In this document: one piece after another, positions 24,728 to 35,952 of the stretch
Position numbering within the stretch: the stretch's first letter is position 1
Layout of the letters: the number at the start of each line of letters is the position of its first letter
Source: Atractiella rhizophila
Lineage: Eukaryota
DNA: 41,470 nt
Assembly: GCA_021432655.1 (NCBI GenBank)
Contig: MU271439.1
Coordinates: 1 to 41,470 of the forward strand
Direction: 5' to 3'
Program-made: the position numbers and the translations under genes
Notes under the pieces: generated by a model
Seen by the model: the letters and a program-made list of their open reading frames with translations, nothing else
What the model was told of the DNA's origin: nothing
Database searches by the model: none

Positions 24728-25341
24728 CTAGGACGTTAGCCAGGAAACTCCTCAATTCCTCCCTTTTCCCACTCCAAGCTGTAACGTTGTGAATGCTCAC
24801 CTCCCTTTCTCTTCTCCGACGTTCCTCTCTCTCTCTCTCTTCCTTATTATCCTTTCGTAATTCCCTCAACTCCATTAAAAGCATCATCTGCATCCTGTCT
24901 CCTCCTTCTCCTCCCTCGTCCTCCACCCCTGATCTTCCTTCCCCTTGCTCCAGGTCCATCGGTAATCTCTTGTTGAATGCGAGGTCTACGGTTCGAGTTG
25001 TCAGTAGCGGTGTTAGTGTGTCAGAGGTATGTTCCAGTGATGGTGAGCTGATCAGTGAGATCTGTGTGTGAGGAGGTGGTGCTCTTCATTCGGCTATGGG
25101 AGAGAGGCGATGAGAGGGGGGTATGGGCGGGGCGTTGTTGATGAGGTCCGAGGTGGTGGGCGTGATCTGAGAGCAGCGAGGCGGAAAGGGTCATGATTGT
25201 AGGGGTTTTCTGGGTGTGGGCGGGTTCGGGTGCAGCCTAGCCACCTGTAGCAGTTCTCGATGTGGGGATGGGACGTGAGTGAAGATGGTGGATCAGTGTT
25301 AGTTTTCATTCTATGGATTGTACATGTTTGTGCCTGCCACA
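24723..25341 (-). mobile_element. Second, inverted 5' fragment of the Gypsy family at 15788 (terminus plus start of gag)
   Basis: The reverse complement starts at the same TGTGGCAGGCACAAACATGTACAATC terminus. It encodes MDLEQGEGRSG..WSGKREELRSFLANVLAY, homologous to 16189-16420. Confidence 0.92.
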
Positions 25342-25583
25342 ATGAAGGAGACGTGTGGGATTGCATGCATTTTCCACTTAGTATACAATTCAAAGTCAAT
25401 ATAAAGGACACTCCTTAGGGGATAGGAGAAGAGGGATACGACATATATTGCGACAGATACAGAGCCTTTAGTGATTTCCTATTTTGGAATTCGCCTTTCC
25501 GACCAAGATACTGCCAATTCAAGAATTCAGAGTTGTTTTGAGAATTGGCTGGGGCACGGTCTCAAAGGACGTGAATCTGATCT

Positions 25584-26318
25584 TCATTTCTCGGTCTCGT
25601 TGTCCTCTAGAACAGCTGACTGGGGTGGTGCTTCGCCCACTTTCACAGTGTAAACGGTGGATAATATAAGCCCAAGTCCGTACACCACAAATCCCACAAT
25701 CATAACGGAAAAGTAACTCCAATTCCAATCGTGATCCTCTGGGCTGGGGTGAAGATTATACTTCCTCATATCGTCCGCTGCCTTACCAGCGAAACCGAAT
25801 ACAAAACATGTGATGATGAAATTTATCAAGGTGATAATGCGTGCTCGGCGCTTGATGTCTCTGACCCAGAGAAACAACAAGCATAGGCCGATATGAACGA
25901 ATGAGATAATAACGTAGACCAACGGATTGTGCGTCAACTCCCAGTCGTAAGTTAAAGAGTTGTCGTGGACGGAGATGGCCGCAATCACCAGTCCTATGGC
26001 ATTGACAAGTTTCTCGATTGCGTCCCCTAGGTTTTCGCTGTCAATGAAGGTGATGCAAACTGCTTGAGCGACGATGCACAGCAGAAGGGCGGCATTTTGC
26101 TGCGCTTGGGGCCATTTTTGCGAGGTGGACACAAGGGACGCGACGACGGAAAGGTAGGCGCACACTGCGCTGCTGCGAGTTTTGAACCTCGCCGGTTCTC
26201 TGTTGGCCGCTGCGATGACGATACATGCAAGGTACCATAGAGCGGCAAACCCCAGAGTCGCAAGCGATACCACCGCAGATCCAGGGTTATTGATCTGGGT
26301 CCACTGAGCTTTGTCCAT
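25584..26318 (-). CDS. 244-aa integral membrane protein with about 7 hydrophobic segments; function unknown
   Basis: Uninterrupted ORF from ATG to stop with seven hydrophobic stretches. A probable 5'UTR intron (gtgcga...actaac...tag, ~26327-26390) lies just upstream of the ATG. Confidence 0.8.
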   Translation of the reverse strand: MDKAQWTQINNPGSAVVSLATLGFAALWYLACIVIAAANREPARFKTRSSAVCAYLSVVASLVSTSQKWPQAQQNAALLLCIVAQAVCITFIDSENLGDAIEKLVNAIGLVIAAISVHDNSLTYDWELTHNPLVYVIISFVHIGLCLLFLWVRDIKRRARIITLINFIITCFVFGFAGKAADDMRKYNLHPSPEDHDWNWSYFSVMIVGFVVYGLGLILSTVYTVKVGEAPPQSAVLEDNETEK

Positions 26319-27331
26319 ACTGATAACTAGATTGACGGTTAAGGTTAGTTGGAGTTAAATGGTTCGACGAGTCATTTGAACTTGTCGCACCTGATTTTAA
26401 TACGGGTGCAGCGGGCGGGGTGCGGTGGGTCCAAATAAATGGAGTGATGGTTGTTGGAATTACGAACGCGATAAGATGAATCGAGTAAGGTGATGAGAAC
26501 GGTTGTAGATTTCGATGTTACTCTAGCACCAGGGTGATTGAAAGTCAGGGAAGGAGATTGACAAGACCTTCATGCTGCACAGCAAAGTGGGTTGAAATAT
26601 CTGCTCACCTTTTCCCAGCGCTAAGATGCAGACAGCTGGTTCGATAGATACAAGGAAGAGCAGGCAGTGCTGGAGGTATTGAGAAAGTATGCGCTAGGGT
26701 ATCAAAGTCAGAGAAAGGGGGTAAATAGTTGAAAGCACTACTCAGGTGTGAAGACCGATTGCTCTGAAGCGGTGTGCGATCTTGCTCCACTAGACGTGAG
26801 GATTCGCATCCAGGTTTTATACTCTGCCCAAAGAATGGAAGGCAAGAACAGATGGGTTCACCGAGAGATGGAGAACTCACCCATTTAGAACTTCTCCAAC
26901 CCTCTCGTCCCCATCGGAGGCTTTCGATCGCCATCCAGACGGTCGTCGTCGACTGTTGAAGATGTCCACTAGTATCGTTGTTCATTGACCTGGCCGTGTG
27001 ACCATCATCTGTAGGTCCTACCGAGTCCTTCTATAGGTCAGTGGAAAAAGGAAAAATTAGACGTCGACGTGAAAGACAAAGCAGGCCAAAAATTTCGTCA
27101 ACATTTATATATATATATTCGACGTTTGTATGTTCTTGCAATCCAACCCTCAAGTTCTAGATGTCTCTCAATTCCTTTGTCCGTACTTTCTGCAAATGCT
27201 TTAGACTCAGAAACGTCCAGATCCATCAAATACTGGGCTCGTGACAGTGTGAAAGTCGTAACAGTCGACCATTCCACTCTGATCAGAAGTCAGCCCAGTC
27301 TCAAAGCAGCACAGAGGAGACATTTGCCACC

Positions 27332-30300
27332 ATGCCGTTATCTGAACTGGAAATCTATGAGAAGGCGATGTACGATACTCGCCATCATTTCCCCCTCTTT
27401 AATCCAATGTTTCCGCTGGATCCGTCTGGCTCGACGAGAAGGGTGCAACCTTTTGGCGAATGTGAGATTGGTGATTTCGGGTACTGCCGCGATGGTCAAT
27501 TTGTCGTCTCACGAAACGTCCGCACTTTGTTGGGTGCTGGCGACCCACCATTACCTCACGGCATTGTGGACGCTGCTTGCAGTCCACTGAAGCCAATATA
27601 TAAAGGCACAAGCTCATCTACAAATTTTGCGGTAAACGTCTCTGCACCAATGTGCGTTATTCCTCGGAAGCGTAATGAATTTCGGCGCTCAGTCGTAAAT
27701 TAGTGTTGCCGCTCCCACTTTCGCAGCTCAAATTGCAAGTCACTCTTTAGAGTCGGCTTTCCTCGTCACGAAACAACGTGCGCCTCGGTTCCAAGTTGAT
27801 CGGGTGGCGCTGGCAGAGAGCCACTTTAGGCGATATTACGAGCAAGTTTTGCAAGATGATTTAGATAACTGGTTCCGCCGCGCCAACGACAGAAATCTCT
27901 GTATGGTAGTCGGAGCTGTGAAAGCTTTTGATTGGCTTCATGCAACCTTTGCACAGAGTGGTCAATCCTTTCATCTCACGCTCGAATCACCACCGCTGGG
28001 ATTCGACATAGGACGTGATTGCAGAAACAATTTAGGTGCCAGGCTGCATCATGGTCCACTTCTGCATAACCCACGTAATTCTCTCGCTTGTTCATACCTT
28101 GCTCCGCTGAAGCCATATTCAGGAAGGGGCATTCTTTCTACAGCAGCATACTCAATTGGAAATCAAACTCTGTCATCAGTCGAATCAAGATCAGGTGGCA
28201 CAAGCGTCTGCCCTTGAAGGTTGAAGGTCGAGGTTCCAGCCCATCTTCCCCCATCACATCGTGAAGGTGAATCTGTTGACTCAATCGTATGCGATATTGC
28301 GGGCAGTGAGAAAGTTAATCACTTATCAACATGATGCATCATTGTTTCTAATTGACATTTTCCATCAAATTCCTGATCCCTTGGATGTTCTTCTCGATGC
28401 TATGTTGATGGTACCGTTGGTTTACATTCTGCTGTGCCTGTCGCTAACCTTTAATAGCTACGGCCAAAAAACACAATCGCCATTTCTTCCGATATTCACC
28501 TCTCTACCTTGTGCAGAACGGTAGATATCTTTTGTCCCTTTGAGGCACTCCGAAAGCTAAGAAACCGCATAGTCGCAGTGGCTGTTTGATCCCGAAGGAT
28601 GGACTGTGTAGCAAGCCATCTACTTGTTGGAGGGTTGCCAGAACTGCATTAAGGGTTAGGAAGATGGTAACTATCTGCTCTCAGTCGTTCAGCTCTGACA
28701 CCTAAGGAATAGTGGTAACACTCAGCTTCCCTGACGAATCGTACCTTCCCGAGTTCGCCCCAGCGCGTAAGGATGGGCTGTCTAAAGGCAGCGTCAGCCA
28801 TGTGACTTCGTATAGAATAGAACTCCCAGCGTATTCTTCGACCGTGACGCTAACTTCCCAAGCGTCTCTGCAGCCTAGCCAGTTATTACAAATGTCACCC
28901 ATGTCAGATTCTGCAAGTGCGGAGGACAGCTTGGATGGAAATGTTGATGTGAACCTGGATAACGATCTCCCATCGATACAACAAGCTGGAATGCATGTCG
29001 GCTTTGGGAATGAAGAGGGCTCCGAGGCCATTGCTTCATCTTCTACAGGGGTTCCGGCGGATTACGCCTTGGATGGAGACGTCAACTTGGATCACGATTT
29101 CCCATCAATGCATCAAGCTGGAACCGATTTCGACTTTAGAAACGAAGAGGACGATGCAGACACCTTGCGACTTCAAGTTCAAGCTTCCTCCCCTATCGTT
29201 TCTCCCACCTCCCCAACCCAACCGGGAGCGAGGAAACGCTCGATAAGTTCCCCCAACACATCGGCCATTTTCCGCGCCGCGCTTCCCCCACAATTTTACG
29301 GCCGCGAAGAAGAGATCAACAGCATCAGAGAAGCTGCCCTCGAGGGAAGTCCGGTAGCAATTCTTGGAGGAGCTGGAAACGGAAAATCCACAATCGCAAG
29401 AAGGCTCCTTCATGATCCTCAAATCCAAAGGGAATTCACAGACACTGAAAAGGACCGTCGGTTCTTCGTCAATTGCGATACCATCAAAAGTTTCCAAGGC
29501 CTCAGTGCGAAGCTATGCCAGGACATTTTCGAACTCCACTCTTCTAATGTATTAGAGCGAGACGCTGTAGCGCAAAATGCCTCCTCATTCTAGACCATTT
29601 TGAGACTTTAGCTAATGCGGACAAGGATAACCTTCAAGGCTTTCTTCGAACCATTCTGTCGCCCCCAACAGTCAGCTCCTTGGTGATCACTCAGCGAGGA
29701 TATCAGCCACCAATCATAGACTACACTGACACTCAATTCACTTCCATTCGGATAGGAAGACTTATGACGAAACCTGCTGAAATGCTATTACTCCACAGCT
29801 CAACATTTCGCCAGATGGAATGCGACCCTTCCCTCGTAACAGAGGTCGTAAAACAATTGGAAGGGCATCCGCTTTCCATTCGTCTGTTCGCTCTTCGATT
29901 CAATCAAGCTTGTCAGTCTCTTCGAGCACTCCTTTCTGAATGGAAGAAAGTACGAACCCAGATTCTGAAACAAACGCAAAATGGCGATGTCACTCTCTGT
30001 ACCTCCATCATAGTTTCTCTCCAATCCCCTTCTCTCAACGACCGTAGCCACCGTTGTCAATTTGCACTCGGACTGCTTTGTTTGGTTTCAGATGGTCTGT
30101 GTCAAGCACACCTTAATCAGCTTGTGAATGACGAAAAAGATGAGCTGGAAGTTCTAGACCGACTTTTGCAAGCAGGCTTAGTGGAAGAGTCGGTTGGGCT
30201 GAAAACCAGGCGACCCCGACTCCGTGTACTTGCTCCCATTCGAGATTTCATTATTTCTACATTAGAGACTAGTCACGGTCACGGTCACGGTCAAATCCGC

Positions 30301-31815
30301 AGATTGAAGAGTTTTATCAGGATGAGGTTCAAATTTCAGTCGTGGGACTTGGGAAATTTTCAGACATTCCCCGATCAACAGAAGTGTTCGACAAGTTACT
30401 CCGACATCAGATCGCTGCTGCTCATGAGATCATGAATCGTTCTGGCCAGACAATCCCTTTAGAGAATGCACGATCCATCATATTTGATGAATATGCCAAT
30501 TTGACGGAGCTAACACGTCGAGCTTTCACTACTTTTCATGACTCCAGAAAAATAGACGGCCTGAAATTTATTTTGAAGGTTTCAATTTTTCTTGCGAACA
30601 TTTATCCCTTATCCGAAGACTCTCTCCTTGCAGCAGTTGTGCAAGTCAGCAATTCAATCCAAAAATAACGATAATGTTTGATACCCCTGCGTTCTTTTGC
30701 AAGGGACCACACTAGGAGGTTAGCAGAAGCGACTCGACAGGTCATGCTCAACATCCTCAAGACCCTAGAGGAATCAGATGAACCACGCACTGAGGCCAGG
30801 TCCACGGTTGCGCTTGGAAAAGTCTACCTTCAACTAGGAATGCGAGGGAAGCTTTCAATGGCGCAAAAGTCATCTTCTCCAAACTGGGAGAAAGAAGCGA
30901 CGAGGCAAGGTGCATTCTCGAGCTTGGGTCAGTCGACCTGTGACTTCACCAGACCGAGAAAGCAAGGGAAGCATTTGAAACAGCCAGAGCGATCTTCTCA
31001 GAACTCGGGGAGCAGGGTGACGAGGCCAGGTGTATAGTCGAACTCGCGACGTTAGACTTCAAACTTGGGCAGGTGGAAAAAGCGAGGAAAGCATTCAAGG
31101 CGGCCCACTCGATCTTCTCAAAGCTGGGAGACGAACAACTCAAGGCGAAGTGCATTGTCGCACTTGGTTTGATTGACGTCGAACTTGGGCAGTACGATAC
31201 AGGGATTGAAGCACTCATTGACGCCAGAGATGTCTTCGCGGCAGCAAGAAGATCGACTCAGCGAGGCTGGGTGCGGTGTTCAGCTTGGAGAGAGTTATCT
31301 TGAGCTCTCAGAGAACGAGAAAGCGAAGGGAGAGTTCATGAGGGCCAGAGACATGTTTTCACAGTTGGGAGAGCGATACAAGGAGGCAAAGTGTATCTAC
31401 GGCCTGGGAAGGGTTGCCTTGAAGTCCGGACAGAACGAGGATGCAAGGAAATCGTTCAACACAGCCAGAACCATTTTCTGGGAACTGGGCGAACGAGAAG
31501 ATGAAGCATGGTCCATCTGCCAGAGTGGTTTTGTCGACCTGAAGCAGAATGACAATAATGCGAGAGAAGCATTCGATACAGCTAAAGCCACGTTCTCAGA
31601 GCTGGGAAACCGACTTGGCGAGCAAAGTGCCTTGCTGGACTGGGATGCTTCGACCCCATCCTAGAGCGCACAGATTAGCGACGGGAAGATTCAATGAAGC
31701 TGCAGAAATATACTCCAACTTGGGGCATCAATGCAACGAAAAGCAAACCCGTGAGGTAGTCTACCTCTATCGTGGAATGCTCAGGAAGAAATCTGTGACC
31801 CAAAGCCATAAGTAA
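27332..31815 (+). pseudogene. NLR-like gene: putative gasdermin-like N-terminal domain + STAND (NB-ARC/NACHT-like) NTPase + TPR repeats; multiple frameshifts and stops
   Basis: gccaccATG at 27332. Introns at 27652-27703, 28075-28122, ~28411-28458, ~28521-28572 and ~28667-28706. Walker A GGAGNGKST (~29366), RRFFVNCD, Walker B CLLILDHFET (after a frameshift near 29560), sensor LVITQRG, LEGHPLSIRL and LRVLAPIRDF. ~40-aa TPR repeats (EARCI..LG......G..EKAR.AF..AR.IFS.LG) span ~30780-31760. Confidence 0.85.
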
Positions 31816-32259
31816 CTGGATGGATGTGGTTATAAACTAGGATAAATCAAGACTTGAAATACAAAAAATACTCCCACAGCATGGTGGAGAATACGGGAAT
31901 TCAATCAGCATTTTCCTGGAATGAGGCAGAATAGGATTCTTCACCCGTGGAGTGCTTTTCCCCGGAAATAACGGCGACGCAAAGCAGTAAGAAACGGGTT
32001 AAATTGTCGTTATAAATTGGTATAAAGCAGTAACGGTTAGCAAGTTGATTGAAAAACAGGAATCATTGTGTAACAGGTAGACATTCCTGGAATTGAGTTT
32101 AAACTAGTAATCTCTCAGCATTTCACTGGAACGGGGCGGCAGAAATATTGACACGGTTTGCTCTCCGGAACGTGCTACTAGTACATTGAATAATGGAAAC
32201 CTATTATCGCTATACGAAACGAGATCCCTGAATGCCATTTGCGCCATTCTTCGTTCTTT

Positions 32260-34035
32260 TCAATTCTTCTCGATAGGTTTAACGTGTATCCAAAACCCGC
32301 CCTAACCCTTCATTGAGCCACTAATCTACTTTTCGGGGCAACATACCTTCGCTCTCCAAACACCGGAGATATTAGATTTCCAGCTATTCTCCCTCCCCGT
32401 CCATCTCGCCGTTCCCCTCTCCCCCACATCATCCACCTCCAACCTCTGTCCCTCCATCTTCTGCCCTTCTTTCATCCTGATATCTAACCTCTCCACATCA
32501 AATTCGAAATTGAGTAATATCATCGTTATCGTGCTCAAGACCGCCGCAATTGCGACATGTCTACCAGCGCAATGAGTAGCCCCAGCTCCAAAATAGTAGA
32601 GGTCCTTTACTCTTTCCCTTCCTTCGCTCCGGACGAACCTCGTCCCATCAAACACAAAAGGCTCCTTCCAAACCTTCTCATTGACGTGAAGGGAGCGCGT
32701 TGGGACGACAAGGACAGTCCCTTTCTTGATTGGAACCTCGTGCTTGTCGGAAGAGAGGACAGTGTCTTGCTTAGCTACTCGACCCATGGCGGGACCAGCG
32801 CGAAGCCGCATGGTTTCGTGAAAGGCAGAGAGGAGAGTTGGAAGATGGGTCGTCAGCTCGTCAGCTGTGTAGTTCAGAAAGAGGGTGCTTTGGGAGGGCA
32901 GATTGGTAATTTCAGACTTGATTTGGGAGAGGAGAGACGGAGATTGGAGGAGGTGGACCATTGTCCAACTTTGCGCGTGGGAACTTGAGTCTCGTTCAGA
33001 GTGAGGAGGAGGCTTACGCGACGGAGTCCGAGAGATTTGCTATCAGAATTGTTAGTTTCCAGCACATGTTTGATAGAGACAGCGCACAGGACAGAACGAA
33101 AAGCAAGACCTTCCAGAACCTCGCACAGCTTTCCTCACTCCAACGTGTCTCCTCCAACACAGCTCTAACCTTCTTCACAGACAAGGAAGAATCTTCCGCT
33201 AATCCGTTCTTGTGAAACTGCAGGCAAAGCGCTCTCAATTTCTCCTGATATTCGATCCCTTTCCTCAATACCGTCCATCTCAACAAGGCACCGATGGGCC
33301 AAGGAAGCTTCGAAGTGATGTAGATTCCCTGAAAGTCCGCCTCAAAAGTCCTGATCATTTCTGGCAACCCATCCAGGGGGAAGGTGCTTCCAAAGAAGGC
33401 TTTGGCGCTGGCACGAACCATAGCTTCGTAGCATACGCGATGGAGTTCGATCTTCTGCCCTTCGACAGATACGGTTTCTTTGAGAGAAGTGACTTCGTGC
33501 GCGATGCAGGTGTTGAAGGAATGAACCAAGGAGGAGAGATTGAGAGGAGAGAGCGTGTGGTGAAGTATTCGCTCAATCTTGGACAGCGATTGAGAGTCCG
33601 AAGATGAAGGGTCCAAAAGGGTAGAAGGTAAACCGTGAATATCGACGTTGAAATATCGATGCAGTTCCTTTGCTGCTCAATTCGTGAATACAGAATGTTG
33701 AGCTCGAACGGACGGACGAACCATCAAAGGTAGAAGTGTTCTTATACATCTTCCTCCACAGTCCATAATCCAACACATGCTATTCAATAAAATCAGCCAC
33801 TTATTCCATTTGCGAAAGAGCGACTCACAGTTTGCGAAGGCAGCAAGCGCAAAGGAAATCGGACCTCATAGAACGGCTGTTCTCGATTCTTGGCATACCA
33901 CAAATCCAGCTGGCGCTCAGAGTCCTCTTCCACCTTCATCAGCTTTACAAAGCGATAAATCTGGTTCGTAACATAGCTAAGAATGCTGACTAGGATGGCG
34001 AGGACGATGCTTTGGGCAGTGGAGAGGGAAGCCAT
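32260..34035 (-). CDS. Cytochrome P450, CYP7/CYP8 (cholesterol 7-alpha-hydroxylase/prostacyclin synthase)-like; 6 exons
   Basis: N-terminal membrane anchor, ExxR (ETMR), EPFVFDGTRF (PERF-like) and the heme motif FGAGATHCAG. Five GT-AG introns give an open frame ending GGFWIHVKPIEKN* at 32260. Confidence 0.92.
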
Positions 34036-34401
34036 CGTGGTTGGACGTTGGAGACTGGACGGGAAGCTTCCAAGTGAAAGTCAACAATTGTTCAACAATG
34101 GGATCACCTCGAGATCACATCGCGTCGATCACATTTGGAGCCCTGGGGACTGAGTACTGAGTGCTAATGCTTGTATTCAGCGCGCGTCAAAAGTCGCTGG
34201 GAAGGGACAGGTTCGAGGGGATGCTCAACGTAGTTTTGCATTTCATGCCACGCCTTCGATCAGTGCCGTCATCATCAGCCATCATCATCAGCCAGAGTGT
34301 CCAAGGACGAACGGGAGGAACGAAGGATCCAGCCATCATCTGGTTTAGTGATATTGCAACCTCATATCCGTTACAAACAGATATACTTGATTTATACTGA
34401 C

Positions 34402-35952
34402 ATGGTGAGTTGCTCCTTGAACGAGATGGACACTGTGCTGTTGGCCTCCTTTCCGTTGATGCAATGTTGATTGGTGTCTATCGGACCGTGGGGCTGAAAT
34501 CCCGAGTGATGGGAGGTGTTGTTAGATAGCAGGGATTGTTGATTTGCCCCATTCACTCCCAAAACCTACGTTCGCGAAGACCGTAGATTTGGGCAACACT
34601 TTGTGTATGTTGCTCAATCTCGTCGTCAGCTGTGTGGGGAGATGCCCCAATGTTTCCATGTCCACAGATCCGAACACTTCTTTGAAATGTTTACGCCTAT
34701 TCTGACGCCAAGCTGCAGTCATACGGTCCGCCCTCAGGCCCTCCTCCCCCATTTCCACCAAGCAACCAGCCACCGTATCCTCCTCCGAATGCAGGCTATG
34801 GAGCGCCAGGCGGCTACGCTCCTCCTGCTGGCGGTTATGCACCACCCGCTGGCGCTCCTGCACCAGCTCGAGGAGCTGAAGATCCTTTCACAGCTCTGAC
34901 GTACGCCCTTGTCATGTCTGAAGCATTCTTCGGGTTTCTCATTAAGTGATAGCCGCTACGACACTGTGTTTCTGGTAGATGATTCTGGATCCATGGAAAT
35001 GTTTTGGGATGAGACGAGAAATGCCATGGAGATGGTAGTTTCCAAGGCAGTCCAATACGATGCAGATGGAAGTGAGTCCCGTCGCGCTATCACCTTGTTC
35101 ATAGAATATGTTGATACCTCTTATCGAACAGTCGACATGTATTTCTTCAATTCGACCCATGTTGCACAATCCGTCAGTTCCGCGCAAGAGGTTAGAAAAA
35201 TATTCAACCAAGTCTGGCCAACTCGTTCAACGCCAACAGCTGCTGCTCTGAAACGGGTGATTCTTCAGTTCTCGCCCCTGTATACTCGCTCAGAAAACTT
35301 TGGGCAGATTTTGGATCCTTACGTCGCAGCCCTGGAAGCGCAGAAGGCGTCCGGTGGACCCAAGCTCAAGCCTTTGAATTTGATCGTTCTCACCGGTAGG
35401 CGGAGCTCCTCAAGCTCAAAGTCTCACGTAGGCTCGCTGACCCCCATTGCGCAGACGGCGCCCCAGACAGGAACCAAGACCCAGAACCAGTCATTGTAGA
35501 CATCGCAAGACGTCTCGATGCTGGTCGCTTTCCCCTTTTCCAAGTCGGAATCCAATTCATCCAGGTCAACTGTCCTTTCACAATTTCGTGGCGACGACTA
35601 AATACTGGGGTTGAGTAGATTGGGAACGACGACGAAGCTACAGCCCACTTGACTAGGCTCGATGACGATCTGAAGAAGGTTCATAAGATTAGAGACATGT
35701 GTGATACGACTCCGGCTACGGTAGGGGAGGTGCGATCACTGTACTTCATTTGCTAATTGGATTGTTGACGGAGAAGCAGGCTGTCGTCTCTGGCGACAAA
35801 CTCCTCAAAGCGTACGTAGTTTAATCCTAACACTCATCTTTACTTACTTTTCTGCGTATCAGGCTCCTCGGCGGTTTGAACAGGTTTGTCCCACTTATGC
35901 TCAAGAATTAGCGAGCTTACTTCTTAGTAGGAAAGTTGATAGTTCCGGCTAG
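34402..35952 (+). CDS. VWA-domain protein with a Pro/Gly/Tyr-rich N-terminus
   Basis: ATG-only first exon (intron 34405-34718), then SYGPPSGPPPP..GYAPP repeats, YDTVFLVDDSGSM (MIDAS DxSxS), YDADG, STPT, KPLNLIVLTDGAP, QVGIQFIQIGND and LDDDL. Multiple short introns; stop at 35950-35952. Confidence 0.9.

Noticed and set aside
25584..26318. Functional retinal-binding rhodopsin, or a retrocopy
   Set aside because: There is no Schiff-base lysine or RYxDW motif, and a probable 5'UTR intron argues against a simple retrocopy.
32557..33607. Plus-strand ORFs of 143, 84 and 131 aa
   Set aside because: They are antisense shadows of the P450 exons.
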